Below, piece after piece: positions 30,999 through 40,733 of a DNA stretch of 64,000 bases. Positions within the stretch are counted from its first letter, which is position 1. The number at the start of each line of letters is the position of its first letter. A program made the translations under genes and the position numbers. Source of the stretch: Victivallaceae bacterium (GTDB lineage Bacteria > Verrucomicrobiota > Lentisphaeria > Victivallales > Victivallaceae). Location of the stretch: contig JAQUTL010000014.1 in assembly GCA_028709805.1 (NCBI GenBank), forward strand, positions 1,340 through 65,339, given 5' to 3'. The notes under the pieces were generated by a model, which was given only the letters and a program-made list of their open reading frames with translations, was not told where the DNA came from and did no database searches.

Positions 30999-32507
30999 AT
31001 GTACTCGCCTGAAGAAATTGAAAACGCAGTCGCCGGGCTGGACGCAAAAGACGGCGGAGTCACCGTGGAGCAGGCGGCCGGGTTGCTGGGACCGCTGCCG
31101 GAAAACGAAGACGAGCGCGAGGCGCTGCTCGAACGGGTGGCGCGCGAACTCGACGGGTGCGGCCGTTTTTTCAAATCCGACGGAAAATACTGCGACCGCG
31201 CCGCTTTTTTCAACGGTCGAAGTTTTGTGATTGTTCCTTCCGAGCAGGAAATCGACGCGGGAATACTTTTTCCCGGCCACCGTTTTGCGCCGTTCTGCTC
31301 GCCGGAAATATATATATCCGATGTTGCAGTTCATGAGCGCGGCCTGAAAAAGCCGGTTCCAATGCGCGAGTTTGAATGCCGGTTCGAAGACATTTTCGCA
31401 TTCCATTCGCTGCTCGGCTCCGGAGCGATCTACGACCTGGTGGTGGCGGAACACCCGGACAATCACGCCTTTCTGCGCGGTGAACGCAATTCAAAAGTCA
31501 AAATGACGGTGTTCGACCTCTCGAAATTCTACGCAAAACACAATTTCTCCGGGGGAGACGCGCTGCTGGTGAAGATAGAAGACTATAACGAAGGCCGCTT
31601 TTCCATAACCATGATGGCGGCGGCAAAACGCGATGAAAAGAGCCGTGACCTCTGGATTGAAAAACTGGAAAACGCGCTGGCTCCGGTCATCGCCTCCGGC
31701 GTTGAATATGACGAAATCCCGGATATGATCGCGCAGGGATTCTTCCGCGGCGGAGCCGGATTGTTCGGCCCGGACGGCGCGACGCTTGATGAATTTATCG
31801 CGCTCAGCACCGAAGTGGAACTCCGCGTCGGTGACGACGGCACCTATCTGGCGCTTCACGATGACGGCGAACACGGCGGCGACAACTCCGAATGCGACGA
31901 TGACGAACACGACGCGGCGGACTGCGACTGCGGTCACCACCACCACCATCATCAAAATTCCGGCAGCGGACTGCCGGACGGACTGAGTCTATCTTCCGGC
32001 GCCACCGATTCGATACCGGCGATCCTCAAGGAGATCGGCTCCACGCTGACCATGAACGAACTGGACGCGTTTATTTTTGACGAGTTCGCCACTTCTGATT
32101 TTGATGTGGACGCCCTCTACCGCCGCCTGTTCGCCCCCGACCGCTTTGCCGATGAAGCTCAGGAGGCCCGGTTCCGCATGCTGTTTGAAGAACGCTTCGA
32201 AACGCTTCAGGATCATTTTGACCGGTTTAACGACGGCGAAGTAGCGGAACTGCGCTCCGACATTCTCGCTCAGGTGGAAAACCGGCTCCAACTGCTCGAA
32301 GATCATCCAAACCTGCCGGAATCCGACCTTAAAGTTCTGGCGGAGGCGGCGATTTTCTTCAACGAACTGCTCGCCCACATCCACCGCCCCGCTTACAACC
32401 GGGAGGAAGACCCGGACCGCGAACGCCTGCTCGACCTCTTCGACGAATATGTCAGGAAGCAACAGGATGTGATCGACCGTTTTGACGATATCCCGGAGCA
32501 GTTCTGA
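30999..32507 (+). CDS. hypothetical protein, acidic with internal Cys/His-rich tract (502 aa)
   Basis: The ATG abuts the truB TGA, with GGAGG upstream. I recognise no family. The low-complexity tract is DDGEHGGDNSECDDDEHDAADCDCGHHHHHHQ. Coding is supported by tight coupling on both sides. Confidence 0.7.
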   Translation: MYSPEEIENAVAGLDAKDGGVTVEQAAGLLGPLPENEDEREALLERVARELDGCGRFFKSDGKYCDRAAFFNGRSFVIVPSEQEIDAGILFPGHRFAPFCSPEIYISDVAVHERGLKKPVPMREFECRFEDIFAFHSLLGSGAIYDLVVAEHPDNHAFLRGERNSKVKMTVFDLSKFYAKHNFSGGDALLVKIEDYNEGRFSITMMAAAKRDEKSRDLWIEKLENALAPVIASGVEYDEIPDMIAQGFFRGGAGLFGPDGATLDEFIALSTEVELRVGDDGTYLALHDDGEHGGDNSECDDDEHDAADCDCGHHHHHHQNSGSGLPDGLSLSSGATDSIPAILKEIGSTLTMNELDAFIFDEFATSDFDVDALYRRLFAPDRFADEAQEARFRMLFEERFETLQDHFDRFNDGEVAELRSDILAQVENRLQLLEDHPNLPESDLKVLAEAAIFFNELLAHIHRPAYNREEDPDRERLLDLFDEYVRKQQDVIDRFDDIPEQF

Positions 32508-32508
32508 G

Positions 32509-34578
32509 ATGGTTGAATTGCCGGAATCCGACTTTGTCGATTACGTCCCGGAACCGTCCGAAGACGACGCGGCGGCCGCCCCGTCGCCGGACGAACTTTC
32601 CGGCGCGCTTGACGCGTTCGCAATCGAAATGCTCGGCAAAGAGGGAAAATTGCGGGAGTCCGCCGCTCATGGCGGCCGCCCTTACGAATTCAGGCCGCAG
32701 CAGTTGGCAATGGCGCGGCAAATCGCCGCCTGCCTCGCCCATAAAAGCAATCTCTGCATCGAAGCACCCACCGGAATCGGCAAAAGTTTCGCCTATCTCG
32801 TTCCGGCGATCCGCTTTGCCGTTGGATGCCGCAAGCCGGTGGTGGTCACCACCGAGACCATCAATCTTCAGGAACAGCTGATCGAGAAAGACCTGCCGCT
32901 GCTGAAAAAAACATCGGGAATCGATTTCACCGCCAGTCTGGCCAAGGGACGCAGCAACTACCTGTGTCTGCGCCGGCTCCAACTGCTGACCGATGACCGT
33001 AAAGAACAGCTTCTGCCGTCGCGCGCCAGCAGGTTCGACCTCGATGAGATCGCGGAATGGAGCAAAGACACTCCAGACGGCGACCCGGACAACGGCAATC
33101 TGCCGGTTGACCCCGCAATATGGAGTCTGGTATGCAGCGAATCGGGCAACTGCATGGGATCGCGCTGCACCTATTTTCGCCGCTGTTTCTACTTCAAGGC
33201 CCGTCAAAGCTGGGAAAAGGCGGACATCATCGTCGCCAACCACGCATTGTTCCTGACCGATTTGAAGCTCCGGCGCAATGAAGAGCTTGCCTCTTCGCTG
33301 CTGCCGAATTACTCGGCCGTCATCGTCGATGAGGCGCACACGCTGGAGGACAGCGCGGCCGACCATCTTGGACTGGCGGTGTCGCAGATCGGGATGCTGG
33401 CCTGGCTGAACCGCCTGTTCTCCCCCGACGCCGCCCGCGGACTGCTGATGCACAAAGGGGAAAAAGAGCTTGAACTGCGCGGCATGGTGGCGGAGCTTCG
33501 CAACGAAGCGCGAGCTTTTTTCCGGGTTTTCGCGGAATTTATCGCAGACGGCAAGGACTCGATCCGCCGCGTCCGCACTCCCGACGCATTTCCGGACAAC
33601 CTGACCGCGCCGCTGGCAAAACTGCGGTCGGCGCTGCGCGACCTGACCTTCGATCTCGAAAACGACGAAGATGAAAAGGACTACCGATGTGAAATCGAAT
33701 CGCATATCCTGCGCTGCGAGGCGTATATCGACGCAGTTGCCGACTTCATCGCCATGACGATGCCGGAGGCGGTCTATTGGGCGGAGGAATCGCGCGACGC
33801 GGTAACGCTTCAGGCCGCGCCGGTAAACGTCGGCAAACTGCTCAAAGAGACGCTGTTCGACCTGCCGATCCCGGTGGTGCTCACCAGCGCCACGCTGACC
33901 GTGGAGAAAAGTTTTTCCTTCTATCTGCGCCGGATCGGATTCGACAACGGTCAGACGCTTCAGCTTGATTCGCCGTTCGAGCCGTCAAAAGTGCGGCTTC
34001 TGCTGCCGCGCGCCATGCCTGAACCGTCCGCCGACGGCTATATCGACGAACTGCAGAACAAAATCGCCGCCGCCGTCCGCCGAACCGGCGGCAAAGCGTT
34101 CGTCCTGTTCACCAGCTATTCGCTGATGCGCGACTGCGCCGAAAGGATGCGCCCGTTCTTTGCCGACGAAGAGCTGACTCTGCTGGTTCAGGGCGACGAT
34201 CTCCGCCGAACCGCCATGCTGAAAAAATTTCGGGAAGACGTCAATTCCGTTCTGTTCGGAGTGGACAGTTTCTGGACCGGTGTGGACGTTCCTGGCGAAG
34301 CGCTCTCCAATGTCATCGTCACCCGGCTGCCGTTTCAAGTGCCGTCTCATCCGCTGATCCAGGCCCGCTGCGAACAGATCGAAAGCCGCGGCGAAAGCTC
34401 GTTCATGAATTACAGTCTTCCAACCGCGGTGCTGAAACTGCGCCAGGGCGTGGGCAGACTGATCCGCTCGTCATCCGACACCGGCGTCATCGTGCTGCTG
34501 GACAGCCGTGTCACCACCAAACGCTACGGACGGATTTTCCTCAACAGTCTGCCGCAATATCCGACCGAATACTTCTGA
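32509..34578 (+). CDS. dinG: ATP-dependent DNA helicase, DinG/XPD family (Fe-S type)
   Basis: ATG 32509 lies 1 nt after the upstream stop. Walker A EAPTGIGKSF, DEAH box VDEAHTLED and a Cys cluster (CSESGNCMGSRCTYFRRC) are present, plus C-terminal helicase motifs (FWTGVDVPG, LRQGVGRLIRS). Confidence 0.8.
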   Translation: MVELPESDFVDYVPEPSEDDAAAAPSPDELSGALDAFAIEMLGKEGKLRESAAHGGRPYEFRPQQLAMARQIAACLAHKSNLCIEAPTGIGKSFAYLVPAIRFAVGCRKPVVVTTETINLQEQLIEKDLPLLKKTSGIDFTASLAKGRSNYLCLRRLQLLTDDRKEQLLPSRASRFDLDEIAEWSKDTPDGDPDNGNLPVDPAIWSLVCSESGNCMGSRCTYFRRCFYFKARQSWEKADIIVANHALFLTDLKLRRNEELASSLLPNYSAVIVDEAHTLEDSAADHLGLAVSQIGMLAWLNRLFSPDAARGLLMHKGEKELELRGMVAELRNEARAFFRVFAEFIADGKDSIRRVRTPDAFPDNLTAPLAKLRSALRDLTFDLENDEDEKDYRCEIESHILRCEAYIDAVADFIAMTMPEAVYWAEESRDAVTLQAAPVNVGKLLKETLFDLPIPVVLTSATLTVEKSFSFYLRRIGFDNGQTLQLDSPFEPSKVRLLLPRAMPEPSADGYIDELQNKIAAAVRRTGGKAFVLFTSYSLMRDCAERMRPFFADEELTLLVQGDDLRRTAMLKKFREDVNSVLFGVDSFWTGVDVPGEALSNVIVTRLPFQVPSHPLIQARCEQIESRGESSFMNYSLPTAVLKLRQGVGRLIRSSSDTGVIVLLDSRVTTKRYGRIFLNSLPQYPTEYF

Positions 34579-34641
34579 GTCCAACAGCGTGTCAACGGGC
34601 GGACGGCCGCCGCCGGAGAATACCCCTCCACAAACCACCTG

Positions 34642-34685
34642 AAAAAAAGAACCGGACGCCGCATTATCGGGTTCGCGGCGGACGG
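34642..34685 (-). terminator. possible terminator of the acyl-CoA synthetase fusion gene
   Basis: Imperfect hairpin at 34652-34685 (CGCCGC/GCGGCG core) preceded by A7 on the plus strand. Confidence 0.35.
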
Positions 34686-34712
34686 CGTTATCTTTATATA
34701 TATCTGTTGTGT

Positions 34713-36980
34713 TTATTTGTGATTGTCGCGCTCACGCAGCGCCGCGCGCCGAATCTTACCATTGCTGGTCTTGGGCAGTTCGGTGACAAATTCGACCCGC
34801 CGCGGATATTTATACGGCGCGGTATGCGTCTTCACATAGGTTTGAATCTCTTTCACCAGCTCGTCCGATCCGCTCCGGCCGCGCACCAGAACAATCGTGG
34901 CCTTGACCACCTGTCCGCGAATCGGGTCCGGCGCTCCGGTGACAGCGCATTCCAGAACGTAAGGCAACTCCATAAGAATGCTTTCAATCTCAAACGGACC
35001 GATCCTGTACCCGGACGACTTGATCACGTCATCCACCCGCCCGTGATAATAAAAATAACCGTCTTCATCGCGCCATGCGGTGTCACCGGTATGATAGTAA
35101 CCATTGCGCCACGCCTGCGCCGTCAATTCCTCGTCATTGTGATAAGCGTGGAAAAGTCCGCAGACTTCGTCCTGCCGCGCCTTGATCACAATTTCCCCGA
35201 CTTCGCCGGCAGCCACCGGCTTGTCGTCATGATCGACCAGATCCACCGCATACTGCGGCGTCGGCTTGCCCATCGATCCCAGCCGCGGCGTCATGCCGAC
35301 CAGATTGCCCAGCAGCAGCGTGCTTTCGGTCTGGCCGAACCCCTCCATAATCTTCAGCCCCGTCGCCGCCTTGAACTGGTGGAACACCTCCGGGTTTAGC
35401 GCCTCGCCGGCGGTGGTCGCATATTTCAGACTGGAAAAATCGTACTTGCTCAAATCCTCTTTAATGAAAAAACGGAACATTGTCGGCGGCGCGCAGAACG
35501 TGGTGACGTTGTAGCGCTTGAACATCGGCAGAATGTCCGCCGGATCAAACCGGTTGAAATCGTAGGTAAGAACCGCGGCCTCGCAGAGCCACTGACCGTA
35601 AATTTTTCCCCACAGCGCCTTGCCCCATCCGGTGTCGGCAATGGTGAAATGCAACCCGTTCGGGTCCACGTTATGCCACCAGCGGGCGGTAATGATATGC
35701 CCCAATGGATAGGTGTAGCTGTGCAGCACCATCTTGGGATAGCCGGTGGTGCCGGACGAGAAGAACATCAGCATCGGATCAACCGACCGCTGTTCCGGAA
35801 GACGCTCGCAATCGGTGTCATAAGACATCATTTCTCGGTCAAAGTCATGCCACTGGGGGCGGACGCCGTTGACAATCATTTTGATTTTGAGTGAAGGAGA
35901 CGTTGCACAGGCTTCGTCCACCTGATGACAGATGTCCCCCTCGCCGGACGCGATGATCGCCATGATGTTTCCGGCGTTGAACCGGTATTCAAAATCGTGC
36001 GCCAACAGCTGGTTGCTGGCCGGAACCGCTATCGCGCCGATCCGGTGCAGCGCGTTCAGCGCGATCCAGAACTGATAATGACGCTTCAGCACCAGCATCA
36101 CGCGGTCGCCGCGGCCGATGCCCATGCCGCGCAGATAGTTGGCCGCGCGCTTGGACTCCCGCGACAGCTCCCCGAAAGAAAAGTCGCGCACTTCATGATT
36201 TTCCGACACCCATTTCATTGCCAGTTTGCCCGGCGATTTCTCCGCCAGAACATCAAGCACGTCAAATGCGAAGTTGAAGTTGTCAGGAATATCGAACTTC
36301 ACCGCCTTCAGCAGGCCGTCGGCATCCAGCGTCTCCTTCATAAACCGCTTGTAAAGCAGTTCGCCGGACGCGGCGTGAACCGCGGCGTGGGTCGGCACAA
36401 AGGCGTGCTCGTTGTCCAGCTCCCGTTTGATCACCACGGCAAGAAAAACGCACTCGCCGCCTTCCGCCGCGACCATGCCGTGCGGCCGGCCGGAGTCGTA
36501 ATAAACGCTGTCGCCGGGACCGAGTATCTCGATTTTATCCTCAAACTGACATTTAAGTTTTCCTTTAAGCACATAGTCGAACTCCTGTCCGGCGTGGCTG
36601 GAAAGATGGATCGGCGCCTGATCGTCCACATACGGCGCGGTGACGATAAACGGTTCGGAATAGCGGTTCTTCAGATGCGCAGCCTGATGCAGATATTCAA
36701 ATCCGGCGCGCCGCTTGATCGGCACGCCCTTCCCCGCCCGGGTCAGGGTATAAGCGGAAAGCCGCGGCGACTCGCCGGTCACCAATGTGCCGATGTCAAC
36801 GCCGAAGCGTTCGGCGCAGCGCAGCAGAAAGGTGAACGAACTGTCCACCTCGCCCGCTTCGTGCTTAAGATATTCTTCTTCGGATATGTCGTGCAGTCTG
36901 GCCATCTCGGAAACCGGGATGTCCAGCACCGTCCGTGCTTCGCGGATGCGACGGCCCATCAGTTCAAGCGATTTTTCCAT
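34713..36980 (-). CDS. fusion protein: XRE-type HTH + cupin domain + AMP-forming acyl-CoA synthetase
   Basis: The N-terminus has HTH_3 (IREARTVLDIPVSEMARLHDISEEEYLKHEAG) and a cupin (HAGQEFDYVLKGKLKCQFED...GDSVYYDSGRPHG). The remainder has adenylate-forming motifs (FFSSGTTGYPK, YYHTGDTAWRDEDGY, GRVDDVIKSSGYRIGPFEIE, PKTSNGKIRR). Start ATG 36980 has GGAG about 10 nt upstream, with ATG 37007 as an alternative. Confidence 0.8.
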   Translation of the reverse strand: MEKSLELMGRRIREARTVLDIPVSEMARLHDISEEEYLKHEAGEVDSSFTFLLRCAERFGVDIGTLVTGESPRLSAYTLTRAGKGVPIKRRAGFEYLHQAAHLKNRYSEPFIVTAPYVDDQAPIHLSSHAGQEFDYVLKGKLKCQFEDKIEILGPGDSVYYDSGRPHGMVAAEGGECVFLAVVIKRELDNEHAFVPTHAAVHAASGELLYKRFMKETLDADGLLKAVKFDIPDNFNFAFDVLDVLAEKSPGKLAMKWVSENHEVRDFSFGELSRESKRAANYLRGMGIGRGDRVMLVLKRHYQFWIALNALHRIGAIAVPASNQLLAHDFEYRFNAGNIMAIIASGEGDICHQVDEACATSPSLKIKMIVNGVRPQWHDFDREMMSYDTDCERLPEQRSVDPMLMFFSSGTTGYPKMVLHSYTYPLGHIITARWWHNVDPNGLHFTIADTGWGKALWGKIYGQWLCEAAVLTYDFNRFDPADILPMFKRYNVTTFCAPPTMFRFFIKEDLSKYDFSSLKYATTAGEALNPEVFHQFKAATGLKIMEGFGQTESTLLLGNLVGMTPRLGSMGKPTPQYAVDLVDHDDKPVAAGEVGEIVIKARQDEVCGLFHAYHNDEELTAQAWRNGYYHTGDTAWRDEDGYFYYHGRVDDVIKSSGYRIGPFEIESILMELPYVLECAVTGAPDPIRGQVVKATIVLVRGRSGSDELVKEIQTYVKTHTAPYKYPRRVEFVTELPKTSNGKIRRAALRERDNHK

Positions 36981-37146
36981 TATGTCGGAACTCCCAAAAA
37001 GTTGCATTCATATAATGTAACCGCAAAACAGGCCGATTGCAAGGCCGACGCCCCGGTTTTCCGCCGCAAATCCGTAGCGGAGATGGAAATGTGAACTCAC
37101 TTGAACAATTCAGACACTCTTGTGATTTATAATGATGAGACGCGCA

Positions 37147-37683
37147 TCAGACTGACGCGGCGGCGCTTTTCCGTTTCATTCTCGCCGCCCGCTTGCGCCG
37201 GTAGCCGCGCACCAGATGCAGCACGAAAAAGTAAGTTGGCGGAGTCATTATCAGCGTCAAAAGCGCGCCGCCGATGAAAAACGGCGCTGCGAAATCCCAT
37301 CCGAGCGCAATCAACGCTTTGAACGCCGCGACCGCCCCGTTGTTTTCCGCCAGTTCGATGACCCGGTGGATTTCATCCGTGATCCGGCCGTACGACAGGT
37401 CGCCGCCGAGCAGAAGATTGCCGACATAGCACTGCGCCGGATAGATGATGAAGATCGAAAAATGGTTGGTGATCAGCGTGCCGACCACCGCGCCGACCTT
37501 GCTGCCCTTGATCAGGAACGACATCGGAATCGACACGATCAACTGCCCGCCGAACGGCAGCAGACAGCCGCAGAACATTCCGAGCGCCCAGCCGCGGGCG
37601 ATATATTCCGGCGACGCTTTTTCCCTCAATATCTTACCGCGCAACCGTGCGAGCTTGCGTATCCACCAGCGTTTCATTTTCAC
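37147..37683 (-). CDS. DUF2062-family membrane protein
   Basis: SPEYIARGWALGMFCGCLLPFGGQLIV...TLITNHFSIFIIYP pattern with 3-4 TM helices. Confidence 0.7.
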   Translation of the reverse strand: MKMKRWWIRKLARLRGKILREKASPEYIARGWALGMFCGCLLPFGGQLIVSIPMSFLIKGSKVGAVVGTLITNHFSIFIIYPAQCYVGNLLLGGDLSYGRITDEIHRVIELAENNGAVAAFKALIALGWDFAAPFFIGGALLTLIMTPPTYFFVLHLVRGYRRKRAARMKRKSAAASV

Positions 37684-37729
37684 CTCCCCGTTTGTTGGTC
37701 AGAATAATTTAACATGCTTTTCTCCGAAA

Positions 37730-39541
37730 TCAATCGGCGTTCAATTCGGAAAATGACAGCGGAGCGAATTTTTCAACCATTTCCGTGCGCATTTCCGGAT
37801 CGGCGGTCAGGTATTTCCAGCGGACAAAATCAAAATCGCACTGCAGATAATTGCGCAGCCACGGATATTTAAGCCGGAACCGGATCGGATACGACTCGAA
37901 TATCCACGGCTGTTTCTCCTGAAGCAGCGCCACCATAGCGCGGTATAAGGCCGTGCGCTCCGGGGAGTCGGCCATTGCGAGACAACGCTCGAACATCGCG
38001 TCGAATTCCGGATCGCGGAAATTCACCCGGTTGCAGCCCCCCGCGTTGCCGCTGTAAAACAGCTGGAGGAAATTTTCCGCGTCCGGATAGTCGCCGGCCC
38101 ACGACAGCCGGAACAGCTGCGTCTCCCCCTGCCGTATCTTCTGAAAAAAACGGGGCGAATTGTTCAGACACACCTCAAGATCAATGCCGATTGCACCGAG
38201 GTCGGCCGCCATCATCTCGCCAAGCTGGCGATGCAGCGGCGAATTGCCGTTCAGATCGAAGCTCAATTTAAGCGGTTTGCCGGTGGCGGGGTCGATCCCG
38301 TCCTTATAGCCGGCCAGAGCGAGTTCACGTTTGGCGGCGGCCACATCGTAGCGGTTGTATGGATTGCGCATCGCCGGGTCAAATCCGGCCACGCCGGGCG
38401 GCAGCGGACCGGGCGCCGGCTCCATCTGAAGATTGGAGTGGGCGATCCGGGAGTTGAGATTGAACGCCAGATTGACGGCGCGGCGCAACGCGATGTTTTT
38501 CCCCAGCACCGGATCGTCAAAATTATAGCCGATATACTGGATTTCAAAGCCGGGCTGCCGGAGCAGTTCGATGCCGCGTTTGAGCAGCGCCGGCGACACC
38601 GTGCCGCGCGGCGACAGCACCACATCAAGATTGTCCTTGTCCAGCCGGCTGATGTCGAGCTTGCCCTGCAGGAAAAGCATCCAGCTGCTCAGGCTCTGCC
38701 GGATGCTGTAACAGACCAGCCGGTCGGCAAGCGGCAAACGGCGGACGCGGTCGCCGGGATTTTCAGCGGCGGTAAAATATTCTTCACGGAACTCCGGATA
38801 GCGGTCGAAAATCAGATGGTGGTCGCGCTGCCAGTCGTAAAGAAAAAACGGGCCGGAACCGACCGGGTTTTCAGCAAAGCTCTCGCCGTAATATTCCACC
38901 GCGCGGCGCGAAACCACCGCGCAGTTCGGCATGGCCAGCATATAGACGAAACGCGGATCGGAACGGGTCAGTCGAATAATAAATGTGCGGTCATCCACCA
39001 CCTCAAGCCCGGAAACCGGCAGGTCGTAGCACGACCAGTCACCGGACGGCAATTTGGCGCTGGCCTCGCGGAACTCGTCCAGTCCGGCAATCTTGCCGCG
39101 CACCAGCCAGTAGGCCGAACTGTGGAGCCGTACGTCGGCCAAACGCAGCAGAGAGAAGACCACGTCGCGGCTGGTCACCCGGCGGCTGCCGCCGGCAAAA
39201 CAGCGGTTGGCGTGAAAAAGCAGATCGTCGCGCAAGGTGCAGACGTAGGTTTTGAAATCGTCCGACACCTCCGGCATTTTCGCCAGCATCGACGGCTTGA
39301 GCCGGTAAGGCCGTTCAACGTAATCATACTGAAGCAGCGCGTCAAACACCGCAGTGACGATGTTGCTGGAGGCCAAATCGGAAGCCAGCGCCGGATCAAG
39401 CGTCTTCACCCGCTCGCCGTCCGAGGTGTAAACCACCACCTCAGGAGCTGCAAACGCTCCGCCGCCGCGCAGAAAAAAAACGGCGGCCAGCACCGCGGCG
39501 GCCGCCGCGACAATCAACGCGGTTTTCCGGAACAACTTCAT
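37730..39541 (-). CDS. ABC transporter substrate-binding protein, family 5 (peptide/nickel type)
   Basis: Signal peptide (MKLFRKTALIVAAAAAVLAAVFF) and a 603-aa SBP_bac_5-like body (TLDPALASD, YKDGIDPATGKPLKLSF). No permease lies next to it. Confidence 0.85.
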   Translation of the reverse strand: MKLFRKTALIVAAAAAVLAAVFFLRGGGAFAAPEVVVYTSDGERVKTLDPALASDLASSNIVTAVFDALLQYDYVERPYRLKPSMLAKMPEVSDDFKTYVCTLRDDLLFHANRCFAGGSRRVTSRDVVFSLLRLADVRLHSSAYWLVRGKIAGLDEFREASAKLPSGDWSCYDLPVSGLEVVDDRTFIIRLTRSDPRFVYMLAMPNCAVVSRRAVEYYGESFAENPVGSGPFFLYDWQRDHHLIFDRYPEFREEYFTAAENPGDRVRRLPLADRLVCYSIRQSLSSWMLFLQGKLDISRLDKDNLDVVLSPRGTVSPALLKRGIELLRQPGFEIQYIGYNFDDPVLGKNIALRRAVNLAFNLNSRIAHSNLQMEPAPGPLPPGVAGFDPAMRNPYNRYDVAAAKRELALAGYKDGIDPATGKPLKLSFDLNGNSPLHRQLGEMMAADLGAIGIDLEVCLNNSPRFFQKIRQGETQLFRLSWAGDYPDAENFLQLFYSGNAGGCNRVNFRDPEFDAMFERCLAMADSPERTALYRAMVALLQEKQPWIFESYPIRFRLKYPWLRNYLQCDFDFVRWKYLTADPEMRTEMVEKFAPLSFSELNAD

Positions 39542-40590
39542 TTCTTTAATGCGGCAAGCCGTTCATACGCCTTGCGGATCAGCATTTCAGTCTCGTCCCA
39601 GGAGATGCACTCGTCGGTGATCGAGATGTCCGGCGCCGGATGGCCCGACGACGGTATTTTTTGCGCTCCGGCCTGCAGACAACTCTCAAGCATGACGCCG
39701 ACAATCGCGTCTTCACCGTGCACGATCTGATCTATCAGGTCTTCAAACGCCACATGCTGGCGGCAGCACTGTTTTCCGCTGTTGGCGTGACTGCAGTCAA
39801 CCACCACCGCCGGCGCCATTTTCGCCTTGGCCAGCGCCACCTTGATGAACGCGATATGTTCGGCGCCGTAATTCGGGCCGGAGCTTCCGCCGCGGAGTAC
39901 CACATGAACATGCGGATTGCCCTTGGTGCGGAAAATACCGACATGCCCGTCCTCCAGCACACCGATGAAACTGTGCCGGCTGCGGGCGGAACTGATCGCG
40001 TCCAGCGCCACCTGAATGCTGCCGTCGGTGGCGTTCTTGAAGCCGACCGGCATCGACAGACCGCTGGCCAGCTGCCGGTGGGTCTGCGACTCGGTGGTCC
40101 GGGCGCCGATCGCCGCCCAGCTGACGGTGTCGGCGATATACTGCACCAGAATCGGGTCGAGCACCTCGGTGGCCACCGGCAGCCCGAGTTCGACGATTTT
40201 CAGCAGAAGTTTTCTGGCCACAAAAATTCCGCGCTCGATATTGTATGATCCGTTGATGTCCGGATCGTAAATCAGCCCTTTCCACCCCACGGTGGTGCGG
40301 GGCTTCTCAAAATAGGCGCGCATGACGATCATTATGCGGTCCGACACCGCGTCGGAAAGTTTTTTCAGTTTTGCAGCGTATTCAAGCGCGGCCGCCGGAT
40401 CGTGGATTGAACAGGGACCGACGATTACCATCAGCCGTTTGTCGCGTTTTTCCAGAATGTCCATGACCGCCCGCCGCGCGGCGGCCACCTTGCCCATCGA
40501 CTCAACATCCATCGGCAGCTCGGAGCACACCTGCGCCGGCGCCGGCAGCAGAGTAAGGCTTTCGATATTTACGTTGGTAATCTTCTGCAT
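39538..40590 (-). CDS. aroG: 3-deoxy-7-phosphoheptulonate (DAHP) synthase, class I
   Basis: 350 aa with class I alpha motifs (LMVIVGPCSIHD, YFEKPRTTVGWKGL, DCSHANS). The isozyme (F/G/H) is not determinable. ATGA overlap with the downstream SBP gene. Confidence 0.9.
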   Translation of the reverse strand: MQKITNVNIESLTLLPAPAQVCSELPMDVESMGKVAAARRAVMDILEKRDKRLMVIVGPCSIHDPAAALEYAAKLKKLSDAVSDRIMIVMRAYFEKPRTTVGWKGLIYDPDINGSYNIERGIFVARKLLLKIVELGLPVATEVLDPILVQYIADTVSWAAIGARTTESQTHRQLASGLSMPVGFKNATDGSIQVALDAISSARSRHSFIGVLEDGHVGIFRTKGNPHVHVVLRGGSSGPNYGAEHIAFIKVALAKAKMAPAVVVDCSHANSGKQCCRQHVAFEDLIDQIVHGEDAIVGVMLESCLQAGAQKIPSSGHPAPDISITDECISWDETEMLIRKAYERLAALKK

Positions 40591-40733
40591 CTTGGTCCTT
40601 CTTTATTTATATATTATCCGTTAATATAGCACGCCCGATGCAAAAATTAAAGCAAAAAACGGCAAAAAAAATGCGTTGCCATCCGATATGGAAAAGCGCT
40701 CCAGCGAGGATTTACCGCCAACGTCAGGAACAA

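Noticed and set aside
31932-31949. HHHHHH run that looks like an engineered His6 tag or vector contamination.
   Set aside because: It is internal to a 502-aa ORF and embedded in a longer native Asp/Glu/Cys/His-rich tract. It uses mixed CAC/CAT codons and has no flanking vector-like linker, protease site or stop.
34707-37094. Plus-strand ORFs (230 and 389 aa) opposite the HTH-cupin-acyl-CoA synthetase gene. Also 38231-39730 opposite the SBP/aroG genes.
   Set aside because: These are antisense shadow ORFs with Arg/His/Gln-rich products and no motifs. The opposite strand carries complete, well-defined enzyme signatures.
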